Below are positions 48,785-61,545 of a stretch of DNA of 64,000 nucleotides, in pieces; the stretch's first letter is position 1; the number at the start of each line of letters is the position of its first letter. A program made the position numbers and the translations under genes. Location: the NCBI GenBank assembly GCA_030324005.1, contig JARDVH010000099.1, positions 11,875,723 through 11,939,722 of the forward strand, given 5' to 3'. Source of the stretch: Negaprion brevirostris (taxonomy: Eukaryota). The notes beneath the pieces were generated by a model. That model saw only the letters and a list, made by a program, of their open reading frames with translations. It did not search any database and was not told the DNA's origin.

Positions 48785-48984
48785 CTGTAAAACAGACGTA
48801 GTATTCAATTCAGCTTCAAGAACAAAATGCTAAAGATCAATATTTTAATTGACAATTTATTTACTTCAATGGAACACTTGTAGAACAGCTTGCATTGCAC
48901 AATACTGTCAAATCATTCATTTGTAAGACAACTTGGCTCACAAAATACTGAACTGTATGTAGTGTGTGGATACAGTGTTCACTC

Positions 48985-51455
48985 TTTTGATTTGATTTAC
49001 TGTCACAGGTATTAGTATAGTGAAAAGTATTGCTTCTTGTGCACTATACAGACAAAGCATACCATAGAGAAAGGAGAGAGCGCAGAATACAGCGTTTTTC
49101 TAGTCACTGCTAGGGTGTAGAGAAAGATCAACTTAATACGAGGTAGGTACATTCAAAAATCTGATGGCAGCAGGGAAGAAGCTATTTTTGAGTCGGTTGG
49201 TATGTGTCCTCAGACTTTTGTATCTTTTTTACCCAACGGAAGGAGGTGGAACAGAGTATGTCTGGGGTGTGTGGGGTCCTTAATTTTGCTGGTTGCTTTT
49301 GAGGCAGCAGGAATTGTAAACAGTGTCAACTGGTGGGAGGCTGGTTTGTGTGATAGACTGGACTTCATTCACAAGCCTTTGCAGTTTCTAGCAGTCTTGG
49401 ACACAGCAGGAGCCATACCAACCTGTGATACAACCAGAAAGAATGCTTTCTATGATACATCTGTAAAAGTTGGTGAGAGCCGTAGTGGAAATGCCAAACT
49501 TCCTCAGTCTTGAGAACGTAAAGGCGTTGGTGGGCTTTCTTAACTATAATGTCAGCATGGGGAGGAATCAAGACAGGTTGTTAGTGACCTGTACATTTAA
49601 AAACTTCAAACTCTGGACCATTTCTACTTCGTCCCCATTGATGTAGAAAGANNNNNNNNNNNNNNNNNNNNNNNNNNNNNNNNNNNNNNNNNNNNNNNNN
49701 NNNNNNNNNNNNNNNNNNNNNNNNNNNNNNNNNNNNNNNNNNNNNNNNNNNCAAACTCTGGACCATTTCTACTTCGTCCCCATTGATGTAGAAAGAGGCA
49801 CGTCTTCCACTGCCTGCTTCCTGAAGTTGACGAGTATCTTCTTCGTTTTGTTGACACTGAGGGAGATTTCTGACACTGCATCAGTTCACTAAATTCTCTC
49901 TTTCCTGTACTCTGACTCGTCATTGCTTGAGATCTGACCCACTACAGTGGTGTCATCAGCAAACTTGAAAATCGAGTTGGAGGGGATTTGGACACGCAGT
50001 CATGGGTGTATAAAGAGTATAGTAAGAGATTAAGAACATAGCCTTGTGGGGCACTGGTATCGAGGATGATCGTGGAGCTGGTATTGTTCCCTACCCTTAC
50101 TGATCGCAATCTGTGGATTAGGAAGTTCAGGATCCAGTCACAGAGGGAGGAGCAGAGCCCCAAAGCCACAGAGTTTTGAGATGCATTTCATAGAAATAAT
50201 GGTGCCGAAGGCTGTGCTGTAGTTGATAAATAGGAGTCTTTGTTATTTAGGTGTTCCAGGGTTGTGTGGGAGGGCCAGGGAGGCGTCTGCTATGGACCTG
50301 TTGCAGCGGTAAGTGAACTGTAGTGGATCCAGGCAATCTGGGAAGTCAGAAATGATTTGTGCCATGTCTAACCTTTTAAAGCACTTCATAATGATGGACG
50401 TCAGAGCCACTGGACGGTAGTCAATAAGGTACCCTGTCTGGCTTTGCTTTAGTACTGGGATGATCTTCTTGAAGCAGAAGATTGTTGTAAAGAGAGATTG
50501 AAGATGTTTATGAACACCCCTGCCAACTGGTCTGCGCAAGGTCTAAGCGTTCGTTTGGGTACCTCCATCCAGACCAGTTGCTTCCCATGGATTGACCTTT
50601 GAGAAGGCTGCTGTGACATTTGGAATGGTGACACTGGATACAGGTTCATAGAGGCTTCTTGGCTTGAGAGCTCTCACTGACCTCTTGCTCAAAACTGGCA
50701 TTGGGGAGGAGTGCTATGGTGCTGGTGATTTTGCATACAATCATCTTATAGCATGTTACGTCTTGCAGACCTTGCCATAATCGGTTTAAGTCCGTGTGGC
50801 TAGCCTGGGACTCTAGCTTGGTCTGGTATTGTCTTCTGGCATCTTTGATGGAACTCTTTAAACGGCATCTGGCTTTCTTGCATAGGTCAGTGTCGTCTGA
50901 CTTGAACGCCTCAGGCCTGGACTTCAGCAAGCAGTGGATATCCCTGTTCATTCATGGTTTCCTGTTGGGAAACACGCAGATTTGCTTCTTTGGCACACAG
51001 TCTTCTACAGACTTACTAATGAAGTCAGTTATCTTAGCAGCATACTTGTTCAGACTGGTCTCCAAGTTTTTAATTACTGACCAATCTGACTCTAAACAGT
51101 CCCATAGAAGATCATCTGACTCAGACCAGCACTGCATGACTTTCTTTAATGGATTCTCCAGTTCTTGCTCATAAGCCAGGAGCAGGAGTAGAGCCATACG
51201 GTCTGATTTTCCAAAGTGTGGGCGGGCAATAGAGCGGTAGGCATGTTTGATATTTGGGTAGTAACTGTCTAGGGTGTTTGCGCCTCTGATGGAACAAGAG
51301 ATGGGTCGATGGTATCATGGTAGAACACCCCTGAGCTTGGCCTGATTCAAGTCCCCGGCCACGATGAACAAAGCGTTGAGTATTTGCAGCAGTTTATATT
51401 TCATCCAGCACGGTCTTCACATCCGAGTGGGATGGGATGTAAACAGCTGTCAGTT
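48985..51455 (-). mobile_element. Rex1/Babar-like LINE, 5'-truncated
   Basis: AGDLNQA endonuclease remnant, [59 protein letters not shown]; tcaaa tail. Confidence 0.8.
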
Positions 51456-52149
51456 CTTCACATGGAATTTAGTTATGTAAAGTCTAATCTTGTGACTTAC
51501 GTACTATCCACAAATTTCACACATCACAATTAAAAATAAATGAATCACTATGAAATTATTTCATTATTTACCGTTGACAGCACAATAGAAGGCTTTCCTT
51601 AAATTAAGTTATAACAATATTGTTCATGACCCTTCGCTATTAACTTAATCCAGCCACGCCACATCTGTTTGACCACACCACCAAAGATGGACCTCAGTTG
51701 AGTTAAAAATAAGCTCAGAAATATATTCCCAACCCAGCGAGTATGCTTCTAAGGCAATTTGTACAGCTGCACATGGTGAAAGGGACTGACTTCATATCTT
51801 CAAGAGAGGACATTTTGTTAACAGGACTATTTAAAATCAGGTTCCTGCAGTGTGATTGACAGCATATTTAAATTTTACACCTGCCCAACAAATCTTAAGG
51901 CTCTTTGAAACCCAGAAGAGAAATGGAGTGGACTGCAGCCAACTCCAGCAGATTTGTGTTTTTCAAAGCAACTCTTATGGGACAAGAGAAGCAAAAATCC
52001 TTCTCCCAGTCCGGTGAAGCCTTTGGCCTCCTTTCTGAGAACTGGTCTCTCTCTCTCCTCACTGCTGTGATCAGCAACCAATCAGCAAACCGGCCTCCTA
52101 TTCATTGACTCTGTTCAATTGTCTTGGCAAAGCAGCCAGCATAATTAAG

Positions 52150-52458
52150 GACCCCAGGCACCCCAGACATTCTCTCTTCCACCTTCTTCCATCGGGAAAA
52201 AGATACAAAAGTCTGANNNNNNNNNNNNNNNNNNNNNNNNNNNNNNGGCTTCTTCCCTGCTGCTGTCAGACTTTTGAATAGACCTACCTCGCATTAAGTT
52301 AATCTTTCTCTACACCCTAGCTATGACTGTAACACTATACTCTGCACTCTCTCCTTTCCTTCTCTATGAACTTTATGCTTTGTCTGTATAGCACGCAAGA
52401 AACAATACTTTTCACTGTGTACCAATACGTGACGATAATATATCAAATTAAATCAATC
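52150..52458 (+). mobile_element. 3' end of the same Rex1/Babar-like LINE family
   Basis: Reverse-complementary to about 48990-49260 (ctttgtctgtatag..caagaa..caatacttttcact). Confidence 0.8.
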
Positions 52459-52688
52459 CACTAAGCAATGGTGAGCTTCGATTAGAATCCCTGGGCTTTA
52501 GACATCCTATGACAAACCCACCCAAAATCTGAACAAAATAGATCAAGGCTCTTCCACAATTGTTTCATTTTTAAGAAAATAATGAAATTCCAAATTCAAA
52601 TTAAAAGCCATGCAGCCTTCAAACAAACATTGGCAATATTGACAACATATCTTCAAACTCAACAGGGAAAAAAGAGTCATTGGCATAC

Positions 52689-52822
52689 CTAATTTCCAGC
52701 GATGGCAAATGAGGCAGAAAATCATTTCCAACAAAAAAGCACATAAAAACCCAATCATCAATGCTCCTCTCAAAATCAAACGTGAAGGGCAGACTTGCCA
52801 TTGTCAATTCTCTCTCCAGGTA
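52689..52822 (-). CDS. xrn2: XRN2 exon 11
   Basis: 134 nt, [44 protein letters not shown](R). Confidence 0.98.
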
Positions 52823-52918
52823 CTAGTTAAGATGCAACAACAAAAAAAAATCTTTAGTTGAACTTTTCAGTGAACAACCATTTTAAATCAGGAGATAAAT
52901 ACTTTAAGACCAACCTAC

Positions 52919-52996
52919 CTCACGCAAGACAGCCAATCGGATAAATATGAATTCCACTTCTGAGCCAATTGGAGGATTACTTGCCATTTGGTCAAA
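52919..52996 (-). CDS. xrn2: XRN2 exon 10
   Basis: 78 nt, FDQMASNPPIGSEVEFIFIRLAVLRE. Confidence 0.95.
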
Positions 52997-53039
52997 CTGA
53001 AGAAAAAAAAATTAGTTTGATTCCCAATCTTGTGAAACA

Positions 53040-53330
53040 GAAATAGAAACCAATAGTGCAGGAGGAGACCATCTGGCCCATCAAGTCTGCACCAACCACA
53101 ACCTCACCCAGACCCTATCCCTGTAACCCCCATGCATTTACCCTATCAGTCCCCCTGACACTAAGGGTCAATTTAGCATGGCCAATCCACCTAACATACA
53201 TATCTCTGGACTGTGGGAGGAAACCAGAACACCCAGAGGAAATGCACATGGAGAGAACATGCAGACTCCACACAGTCACCCAAGCCAGGAATCAAACCAG
53301 TCCCTGGCACTGGGGCAGTAGTGCTCACCA
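53040..53330 (-). mobile_element. HE1-type SINE
   Basis: Reverse copy with CR1-like tail. Confidence 0.82.
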
Positions 53331-53364
53331 ACTATTTTTTAAACTAAGACCTTACTTCTGGCTG

Positions 53365-53720
53365 TGATTAAATTTATAAAGACTGATAAATGTAACCAAA
53401 CGTTTCCTCTTGTGGGGCAATCTAGATTAAGAAGTCACAGGTATAGGTTGAGAAGCGGTAGATTTAAAACTGAGATGAGAAGGAACTATTACTCACTGAG
53501 GGTGGGGAATTTGTGGAACTCACTGCCCTTTGGTGCAGTGGAGTCTGAATCGTTGAATGGTTTCAAGGAGATAGATATATTTCTGATAAAAGGAGGATCA
53601 AAGGATATGGGCAATAGGTGGGGAGGTGGATTTGAGACCAGGGAGAGATCAGCCATGATCTGATTGAGCCTGCTCTGCCAATCAAGGGCTAATTCTGCTC
53701 TTAATTCCTGTGTTCTGATT
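53365..53720 (+). mobile_element. CR1 3' end
   Basis: RFKTEMRRNYYSLRVGNLWNSLP and tail. Confidence 0.85.
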
Positions 53721-53789
53721 GTATTCGATGGAACACCTCCACTGCATAGCAATAAAATGCTATCATCACATTCACACCCTCTTGCACAT

Positions 53790-54020
53790 TCAAGATTTTT
53801 GTTCCCTCCACCGTGGTTTCTGTGCTTTCAGCTGCTGAAGCCCTAAGTTTTGAAACAGCTCCCTCAACCTCTCCATCTTATTTGAGGCGAATCTTTAAGT
53901 TTAGCTCTTTGGCCTCAGCTTTTGGTTATCAGTCCTAATCTCTCCTTGTAAATATGCTAAGCATTGCAAGATACTTCGATAGCAAAGTTATGCGAAAAAC
54001 AACATAAATGCATTGTTGTT
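53790..54020 (+). mobile_element. old L2 3' end
   Basis: gctttcagctgctgaagccctaag..cagcttttggttatc..ataaatgcattgttgttg. Confidence 0.5.
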
Positions 54021-54885
54021 GATTTGTATTTCTGTGGACTGCAGCAGGAAGTTAATGACGAAAACAACTCCCTTTGGAGAAACAGCAATAGTGTAGTGTT
54101 ACTATAACTGCTGCAGGATTAACAGTTTCGGAAAATGAAACTTAACTGAAGACAAACAGTATAGAACTATCCCATTTTCATTAGCACAACAGTAGTAAAC
54201 AAAAAGTAGCATTTCTTTTTCGTAAATGCCACTGGATTATGGCAGTTAAAACAGTACTAATGTGCCGTGTGCGCAAAACATTTTTGATAGCACTCGATTT
54301 ACAAATAGAGTTTGTACTGAGTCAGCATTTTCTGTAGGTCAAAAGCAAACAAAGTGCAATGAGTAGGAACTGATACCTACAGAGCAGCAGTAGTTTAAGT
54401 GGTAAAATCTGGCATGCTGCAATGAATAATGGTTGACAGTGCTCTGCTTCAAAAATATGGGGATTCAGGCTTAATAACACTGATATACTGAACAACTTTT
54501 TGTCAAGTGCCTCTTAACTGGGTTATTTTTGGGGAATGGACAGGTAACATGGAAGCTGTTTTTAAATTGATAACATTCAAAAATGAAGCCTTTTCAAGGT
54601 ATCAGATATTGCTTTTTTCTGCAGTTGTACAAGTGGGTTATTTTGGGAAGAGGTGTAGGAAGAAGACAAATTGCACAAAGTGTATCATGAGTGTTTTAAT
54701 GTTAAACATTGAAGTCCGTTCTTTATGAAGTCCAAAACTCAGATTAAGATAAAATATCTTAGTTCCAGGCTAAATCTTAAGAGGCCTGTGGCAGATGAGA
54801 ACAATCGAGGCCATTGCCACTGCCTTATTTTCTAGGCATGAACAGAACTACAAGTAACAAAACCTTTGTTCTAAAGGAAGCTTTG

Positions 54886-55145
54886 GGTGGCCCAGCACTG
54901 GGTCCAGGTTCAATTGCAGATTCAGGTGACTATATGGACTTTGCACATTCTCCGCTTGTCTGTGTGGGTTTCCTCCGACAGTCAAAAGATGTGCAGGTTA
55001 GGTTGATTGGCCATGCTCAATTGTTGAACTGTGTTGGGGAGATGCAGGGTAAATACGTGGGGTTACGGAAATTGGGCCTGGGGGTGATGGTTGTCTATGC
55101 AGTCTCGATGGGCTGAATGGCCTCCTTCTGCACGGCAGGGATTCC
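54886..55145 (+). mobile_element. HE1-type SINE
   Basis: ggttcaatt B box, HE1 core, ggcctccttctgcac tail. Confidence 0.8.
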
Positions 55146-55338
55146 TTCAACACGCAAAGCATTAGGTGGCAAGCTGTTCAAATTCTTACTGCAGAGCTGC
55201 TCACGACTCAAATCTTCAACTAAAGAAGTCCCATACTTAAATTTTCTGTAGTAATATTAACTTCCAGTTATTTTCATACTGGTGAATATAACTGACAATG
55301 ACATTGACAGCAATGCTACAGACTTTTGTTAACTGTAC

Positions 55339-55496
55339 CTCTCCTTGTTTTTCTCTTGGCAAACCCTGGCATTCTTTGATTTCATGGCCAAGCTGATTGC
55401 AAAGAGCACATGGCCTAGGCTGGTTGGGCTTGAACTCCTCCCTGATAATAGTGAAGTTTGGTTCATGGGTTGCCAGCCCCAACATGATAAGATCAG
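55339..55496 (-). CDS. xrn2: XRN2 exon 9 (CCHC zinc knuckle)
   Basis: 158 nt, (A)DLIMLGLATHEPNFTIIREEFKPNQPRPCALCNQLGHEIKECQGLPREKQGE; overlaps ORF 55237..55485. Confidence 0.98.
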
Positions 55497-55668
55497 CTGT
55501 TGGAAGAAAACCGGTTTAGTATCAGAAAGTAGGCATTTACATGCCATCATAATTGCAGTTGTGATTCCAAACATACAAATGTGATCCTTAACATGACACA
55601 TGATGACAGCTACTTTTCATTAGAGCTGCACAGTTAACAGCATGAAGACAATTAAGATAACTACTCAC

Positions 55669-55719
55669 CATCAGCCCCGCACAAACAATGATGAGTGTTT
55701 GGATCGTGGTTTGGCTGAG
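55669..55719 (-). CDS. xrn2: XRN2 exon 8
   Basis: 51 nt, (A)QPNHDPNTHHCLCGAD. Confidence 0.97.
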
Positions 55720-55799
55720 CTGCAAAGTGAAAATTAACATTTAATAAAAGACTGCCGCCAATGCTCCCCCTCAGTTCCCCCAAAATATAGTACACGCAC

Positions 55800-55872
55800 C
55801 TCGTTGCCGTCTTATGTAATCCATGATCTTGTGTTCACCCTCACCAGGAACACTTGCATCTGACAATATAAC
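55800..55872 (-). CDS. xrn2: XRN2 exon 7
   Basis: 73 nt, [24 protein letters not shown] (catalytic GEGEH motif). Confidence 0.97.
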
Positions 55873-56599
55873 CTGGCAGATTTTGAAAAAGAAATTTAAT
55901 TATGATGCCTTGATAGGAACTAATTTCCATATTGATGACTAGATAAAGATTACCAATGCACACAAGGTTTTTTTTTAAACTTAGCAGATGCAAATTATTT
56001 ATCTGCTATTCCCTTGTGATATAGTATCTATCCTGTGGCACAGTTTTCAGTCTGACACCACACAGGTCAAACAAATAGCTGCAAAAATGGTTTTAAGTAT
56101 GTTTGAAACTTACAAATTATGTCTGCAAAAAAAAAAACAAAACCTCCTGGTGCCATTATTTTCAAAAAAAGCAACTGGGTCTCAAGCGCCAGTACCAGCC
56201 AACTTTAAAATAATTCTAATTGTATAAAAATGTGTAGGTCAGTAAAGGGACGGTATAAATGTGATTAGCTACTGGAATCATGATTCTGATTCAGGGTCAT
56301 AACTTCTAGGTTGGATGTGGCAACTGTGCAATCTAGCTAGCCTAATGAGAACAATACTCCAACTAAATTGTGAAACTGGTTTCATTAGCAATCACTTGCT
56401 ATTGGAGAATTGTTGTTCTAAAAACACACTGTTTCAGAAAATAAACTGTTCTGGTATATTTCAGGTATTTGATTTGGGCAGTGCGCAGGAGGGTTAACTT
56501 GGGTGCTGGGAACACAGGGTTGAGATGCCTTGATTGAGGTGGGGAGCTAGAGCCTCAAAGTGGAATAAGATGAGTTATAATAAAACCACAGTACCAACT

Positions 56600-56990
56600 G
56601 ATCTGAAACTCCTTAATACTTCTACCAATTACTTTAAATTTACACCCTCTGGTTACTGACTGCTCTTGTAATGGAAATAAGTCCTTTCTATTCAATCGAC
56701 ACTGTCAGTTGAATTTTATACACCCTAATTAAATCCCATTTCCCCCCACTGACTCTTCCAAAGAAAACAATCCCAGCCTATTCGTCATTCCTGGAAATAT
56801 CCTTGTAAATCTCTCCTGTGCCCTCTCGAGTGCAATCACGTCTTTCCTGTAATATGGTGACCACAAATGCACTCTCACTGTAGTCCAACTAGTGTTTTCT
56901 AAAGTTGTAGCACAGTCTCCTGTTCTTATATTTCATTCCTCTGTAAAATACCCTACAGGCCTTCTTAAATACGCTATATATCCCTTCAGN
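56600..56990 (-). mobile_element. old CR1 ORF2 3' fragment
   Basis: tccttgtaaatctctcctgtgccctctc..tcctgtaatatggtgaccacaaatgcac. Confidence 0.6.
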
Positions 56991-57459
56991 NNNNNNNNNN
57001 NNNNNNNNNNNNNNNNNNNNNNNNNNNNNNNNNNNNNNNNNNNNNNNNNNNNNNNNNNNNNNNNNNNNNNNNNNNNNNNNNNNNNNNNNNNNNNNNNNNN
57101 NNNNNNNNNNNNNNNNNNNNNNNNNNNNNNNNNNNNNNNNNNNNNNNNNNNNNNNNNNNNNNNNNNNNNNNNNNNNNNNNNNNNNNNNNNNNNNNNNNNN
57201 NNNNNNNNNNNNNNNNNNNNNNNNNNNNNNNNNNNNNNNNNNNNNNNNNNNNNNNNNNNNNNNNNNNNNNNNNNNNNNNNNNNNNNNNNNNNATTTTAGC
57301 TATCAATACTCAAAAGATCCTTTAAGCCACTGGAAACTAACAGGATACCCCTGATTTTACAAAGTGCACTAGCTGCAACGGTTATGGGTTATAGAAAGGT
57401 CAGCACAAATGACAACATTCACTCCTGCTACTCCCCAAAGCACCGACCTTCCCTGTTGT

Positions 57460-57620
57460 TCTCTGGTTCACTAATGTCCTTTAGAGAAGGAAATCTGCCA
57501 TCCTTAACTGGTCTGACCTACATGTGACTCTAGACCCGTAACAATGTGGCTGGCTCTCAAGGGCCCTTGGGCAACTAGGGATGGTCAATAAATACTGCCC
57601 AGCCAGTGACACCCAAGTAC
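57460..57620 (+). mobile_element. tRNA-SINE fragment (family of 60592)
   Basis: ctggttcactaatgtcctttagagaaggaaatctgccatccttaactggtctgacctacatgtgactc. Confidence 0.75.
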
Positions 57621-57725
57621 AACAATGCAAAATGCAACAGGAATATCACGAAATATGACCAGCATGACAAAACAAATGGGTTTCCCTGTAATGGTATTAA
57701 AATTTTAAAATGAGTCATCACTTAC

Positions 57726-57815
57726 AGTCAAGTTCTTCCATCCGGGGTCATTGTTTAGCCGATCAGCAATATAGTACCTAAGACACCGTGCTAGGTTATC
57801 CATAAATTCTGTTCC
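57726..57815 (-). CDS. xrn2: XRN2 exon 6
   Basis: 90 nt, GTEFMDNLARCLRYYIADRLNNDPGWKNLT; aag acceptor, gtaag donor. Confidence 0.97.
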
Positions 57816-57921
57816 CTTGAATAAATCAAAAGGAGCAACTCAATACTGAAATCATGCAAACGTATGAAACAAAACATAAAGTGGAATTTTGCATGTCCAT
57901 TCAGAAATCATTAACACTTAC

Positions 57922-57980
57922 TGGAGTAATGCAGTTACTGTCAAACCGCTCTTTTGCTTCTTCAGGAGGCAGATATCCAC
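57922..57980 (-). CDS. xrn2: XRN2 exon 5
   Basis: 59 nt, GYLPPEEAKERFDSNCITP. Confidence 0.97.
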
Positions 57981-58228
57981 CTGCAGAACAGGAATGTCGG
58001 TTTCACTTAGAGTGGAGAATAAGTGTAGAAACTGATCAAAGAGAGCCTGTGGTTCATTCCTTTAAATGCAACTGAACTCATTAAACTTAGTTTATATTAT
58101 TTTATGTTCAATTGGATGTTCGTCATGCAAGTTACCAGGTTTGCAGGCGGATCAATTGTTGCTTCCAATGTGAAGAATCAGGAAAAAAAAGGAAGAGAAA
58201 TGAATGCCATGACACAAAAATGCTGTAC

Positions 58229-58340
58229 CTTTGGAAAGCACTTCTTCTCTCATTTGTTTTTTCTCCTCAATTAACTCCACTCCTTCTTTGGATGCACGAA
58301 ACCGTCTAGATCGTTGCTGGTTCATTTTGGCACGAGGAGC
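58229..58340 (-). CDS. xrn2: XRN2 exon 4
   Basis: 112 nt, APRAKMNQQRSRRFRASKEGVELIEEKKQMREEVLSK(G). Confidence 0.97.
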
Positions 58341-60591
58341 CTGGAATAACCAGCATACACGTCACTTATATGCGCATGAATTAACCTCACTTCAACCTTA
58401 TCACTCTCACTATGCAGCAGTGGAGGAATATTAGAATATTTATAGTAATAGTCAATTGGTAGCAAACAACTTGAATGTTGCTGAAGAGAGAGGCATGTTG
58501 ACGAAGCGTTTTGTCTTTTACTCGTCAGGAAAGATGCAGGAATGTCAAATTTTAAGTAATTACAACTAAAATGACAGGTGAAAAGAATGGTGACTGGTTG
58601 GCAAGTAGACTCCAATTCATTAAGTGTTCCATTGGAGAATATGGGGAACCATAGGGTCCCCAAACTCCCAGTTATCGAAAGACAGCAAAAGGCTCAAACA
58701 TACTCCTTTTGTTTGCAGGGAACTGTGCACAAACAAAAGTTGCTTCTCACCATCTAAATGAACTAAATTAGGAGCGCCAACTGATCAACTTAAATGGTTG
58801 TTAGCATTAACTACTGGCACATTCAGGATTGTTCCACGAGTGCTGCACAAATACAGCATCGCATCTAACAGTAGGTACGTCGTTTCGGGCATTGCAAGTG
58901 CTGGCTGGTTGAGTGCANNNNNNNNNNNNNNNNNNNNNNNNNNNNNNNNNNNNNNNNNNNNNNNNNNNNNNNNNNNNNNNNNNNNNNNNNNNNNNNNNNN
59001 NNNNNNNNNNNNNNNNNNNNNNNNNNNNNNNNNNNNNNNNNNNNNNNNNNNNNNNNNNNNNNNNNNNNNNNNNNNNNNNNNNNNNNNNNNNNNNNNNNNN
59101 NNNNNNNNNNNNNNNNNNNNNNNNNNNNNNNNNNNNNNNNNNNNNNNNNNNNNNNNNNNNNNNNNNNNNNNNNNNNNNNNNNNNNNNNNNNNNNNNNNNN
59201 NNNNNNNNNNNNNNNNNNNNNNNNNNNNNNNNNNNNNNNNNNNNNNNNNNNNNNNNNNNNNNNNNNNNNNNNNNNNNNNNNNNNNNNNNNNNNNNNNNNN
59301 NNNNNNNNNGACAAAGTTTTGGCCAAATTCAACTTGTCAAACAACCGACTCTCTTATCTCCTGTAGCATAAATTGTTGTGATTTGTTTTTAAATCTGGGC
59401 GAAATGCTTTGGCAGCAGGTCTCTCTTCTGTGCAATATTCAGACTGTTGTTCTGAATTAGCTTTACCTGTATTTTTTGGACATTAAGAATATTAATGATT
59501 TTGGAAATAAACCATAATCGCTTAACCTCTCCTTTGCAGATTATTTAATGTATATTATAAATTTAATTTCCAGGCGTAGTCAACAGCTCAAAACGGAATT
59601 GAGCTTTCAAAAGAAGTAACAGTAAAAATATTTTTGATACTGTGTGCTAAAAGCATTCAACAATACATCAGTAAACACCTATACCCCAACAAACACAAAC
59701 CTCTACTATTAATGCCTGTGATGGGAGATTACTAACAAAGTAAAACTGAGACTCAGGAGTTTACTGTGCAGTCAAATTTCTCAAATTTATAGCATCAGAG
59801 TTTTTTTTTTTATATGACTGAACATGAAGCCCAGGGAATATTCGCATTTAAAAATTTAATTAATCGATAAATTCAAGTTCTCAAAAGCTACAACACCAGT
59901 TAAAACTTGTGAAAATGTGAGTTTGATATTTATTAGTTTTTCTTGCAATTGATACGTATCCATAGTGGTACATGATCCACTAAAATATATGAATCAAATG
60001 TTCTCTTGTTTTGTATTCCTATTTGATATTGGTGTGCTGTTCTAAACCAAAACCTGAAATTCAGTTGGTCATTTTCCAGACAAGTATACTGATCTGTAAT
60101 TTAACAGAAGGTGCAAATCTACAATACTTCTGTTAAATTACTAAGTACACATTTTAGTTTACAGGGCAATTAAGCTGCTGGAATTCGAAGCAATAAGCAT
60201 TTCATTGGAGTAGGAAACAAGTGCTTGTACAATTTAAAATTCTGCCTCAATCACTTCCACCGCACAATTTAATAATTATATTTTTGCAGCCTCTAAAAAT
60301 ATATTTACTACCAGTTCTACAAGAGATTTTGATATATTTCTTGCAACAGGAAGATAGATTCTTGATAAAAGTAAAAAGGTATTAAATAAGCATTGGGTTG
60401 ATATGCTACAATAATCCTTTCAAACACTGTAATCACTCATAGTAATTTTTAATGTGTATAAAAATATTACACATTAAAAGTAGTCAACACAATACACAAA
60501 ACATCCATTGCAGTAGTTAACAAATAGCAATTTACCATGCTAAAGCTTTGTTCTCAAACGCAAGCCTATCTCAATTCCAAGTTTGATTTTT

Positions 60592-60941
60592 TTGGTTATT
60601 CGTTCACGGGATGCGGGCATCGCTGGCTGGTCAGCCAGCATTTATTGCCCATCCCCAAGGGCATTTAAGAGTCAACCATGTGGATCTGGAATCACATGTA
60701 GGTCAGAGCAGGTAAAGATGGCAGATTTCCTTTCCTAAAGGACATTAGTAAACCTGATGGGTTTTTGCAGCAATTGACAATGGCTTCATGGTCATCAGCA
60801 GACTTTTAAGTCCATTTTTTTAAAAATTGAATTCAAATTTCACTATCTGCCGAGGTGGGATTTGAACTCGGGTCCCCAGAACAGTACCCTTGGTCACTGG
60901 TACTTAGCCAGTGACAAGACCACTATGCCACAATCTCCCCC
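60592..60941 (-). mobile_element. full-length tRNA-derived SINE (possibly MetaSINE-type core)
   Basis: Reverse A box (gtggcatagtgg) and B box (gagttcaaatcc). Core matches 57460, and a degenerate copy lies at about 36050-36400. Tail is shared with the LINE at 8475. Confidence 0.8.
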
Positions 60942-61222
60942 TTAATTCTGTCACTAGGTATAAACAGAGCCTGTAACACATTGCAGAAGGAAAAGAACAT
61001 GGGAATTGTTGCATAAATTAACACTGCAACATGTGGGATTTATAAATCTGCACTTAACAGACACAGATTCATTGAAATAGGCTGGGTGAGCTAACAAACA
61101 TGCAGGAGAGGGATCATTCTGGCGTGACAAATTAAAAAGCACACCAATGTTCCAGACACTGCTATATGACCCCTGAAAACTCATGCAATTAGTATCTTGA
61201 ACCAGGAAAAATAGATACTTAC

Positions 61223-61334
61223 AACTCCATCTATTGCCATATAAAGTAGGCGCCTGGGTCTAACAATGTTAAACAATCGATCAATATATTCAAAAATGGC
61301 CACCATCATTTCATCCTCATTCTTGGGAGCTGGT
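61223..61334 (-). CDS. xrn2: XRN2 exon 3
   Basis: 112 nt, PAPKNEDEMMVAIFEYIDRLFNIVRPRRLLYMAIDGV; cag/gtaag. Confidence 0.97.
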
Positions 61335-61417
61335 CTGCAGGGTATATTCAAAACACAAATCAGAATTTTGTCCCAATCGACACAGGCACAGTAAAGTTAT
61401 TCTGAAAGGCATATTAC

Positions 61418-61545
61418 TTGTTTTCAGGATGTGTGCATGGATGAATAATGCCGTTCATGTCCAAATACAGATTATCAAACTCCACTTCATTTGGATTAGG
61501 CTTGCTGCTGTCCACAGGAGCGGTAACTCCATTGACTTCTTTAGC
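61418..61545 (-). CDS. xrn2: XRN2 exon 2
   Basis: 128 nt, [42 protein letters not shown](K); cag acceptor, gtaa donor. Confidence 0.97.

Larger units (their letters stand above)
7905..61545 (-). other. xrn2: xrn2 gene span (partial: coding exons equivalent to human exons 2-28)
   Basis: 27 GT-AG exons splice into one open frame of 861 codons + 2 nt matching XRN2/Rat1 throughout (DMNGIIH, GEGEHK, GADAD, GNDF, CCHC knuckle). Confidence 0.98.
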
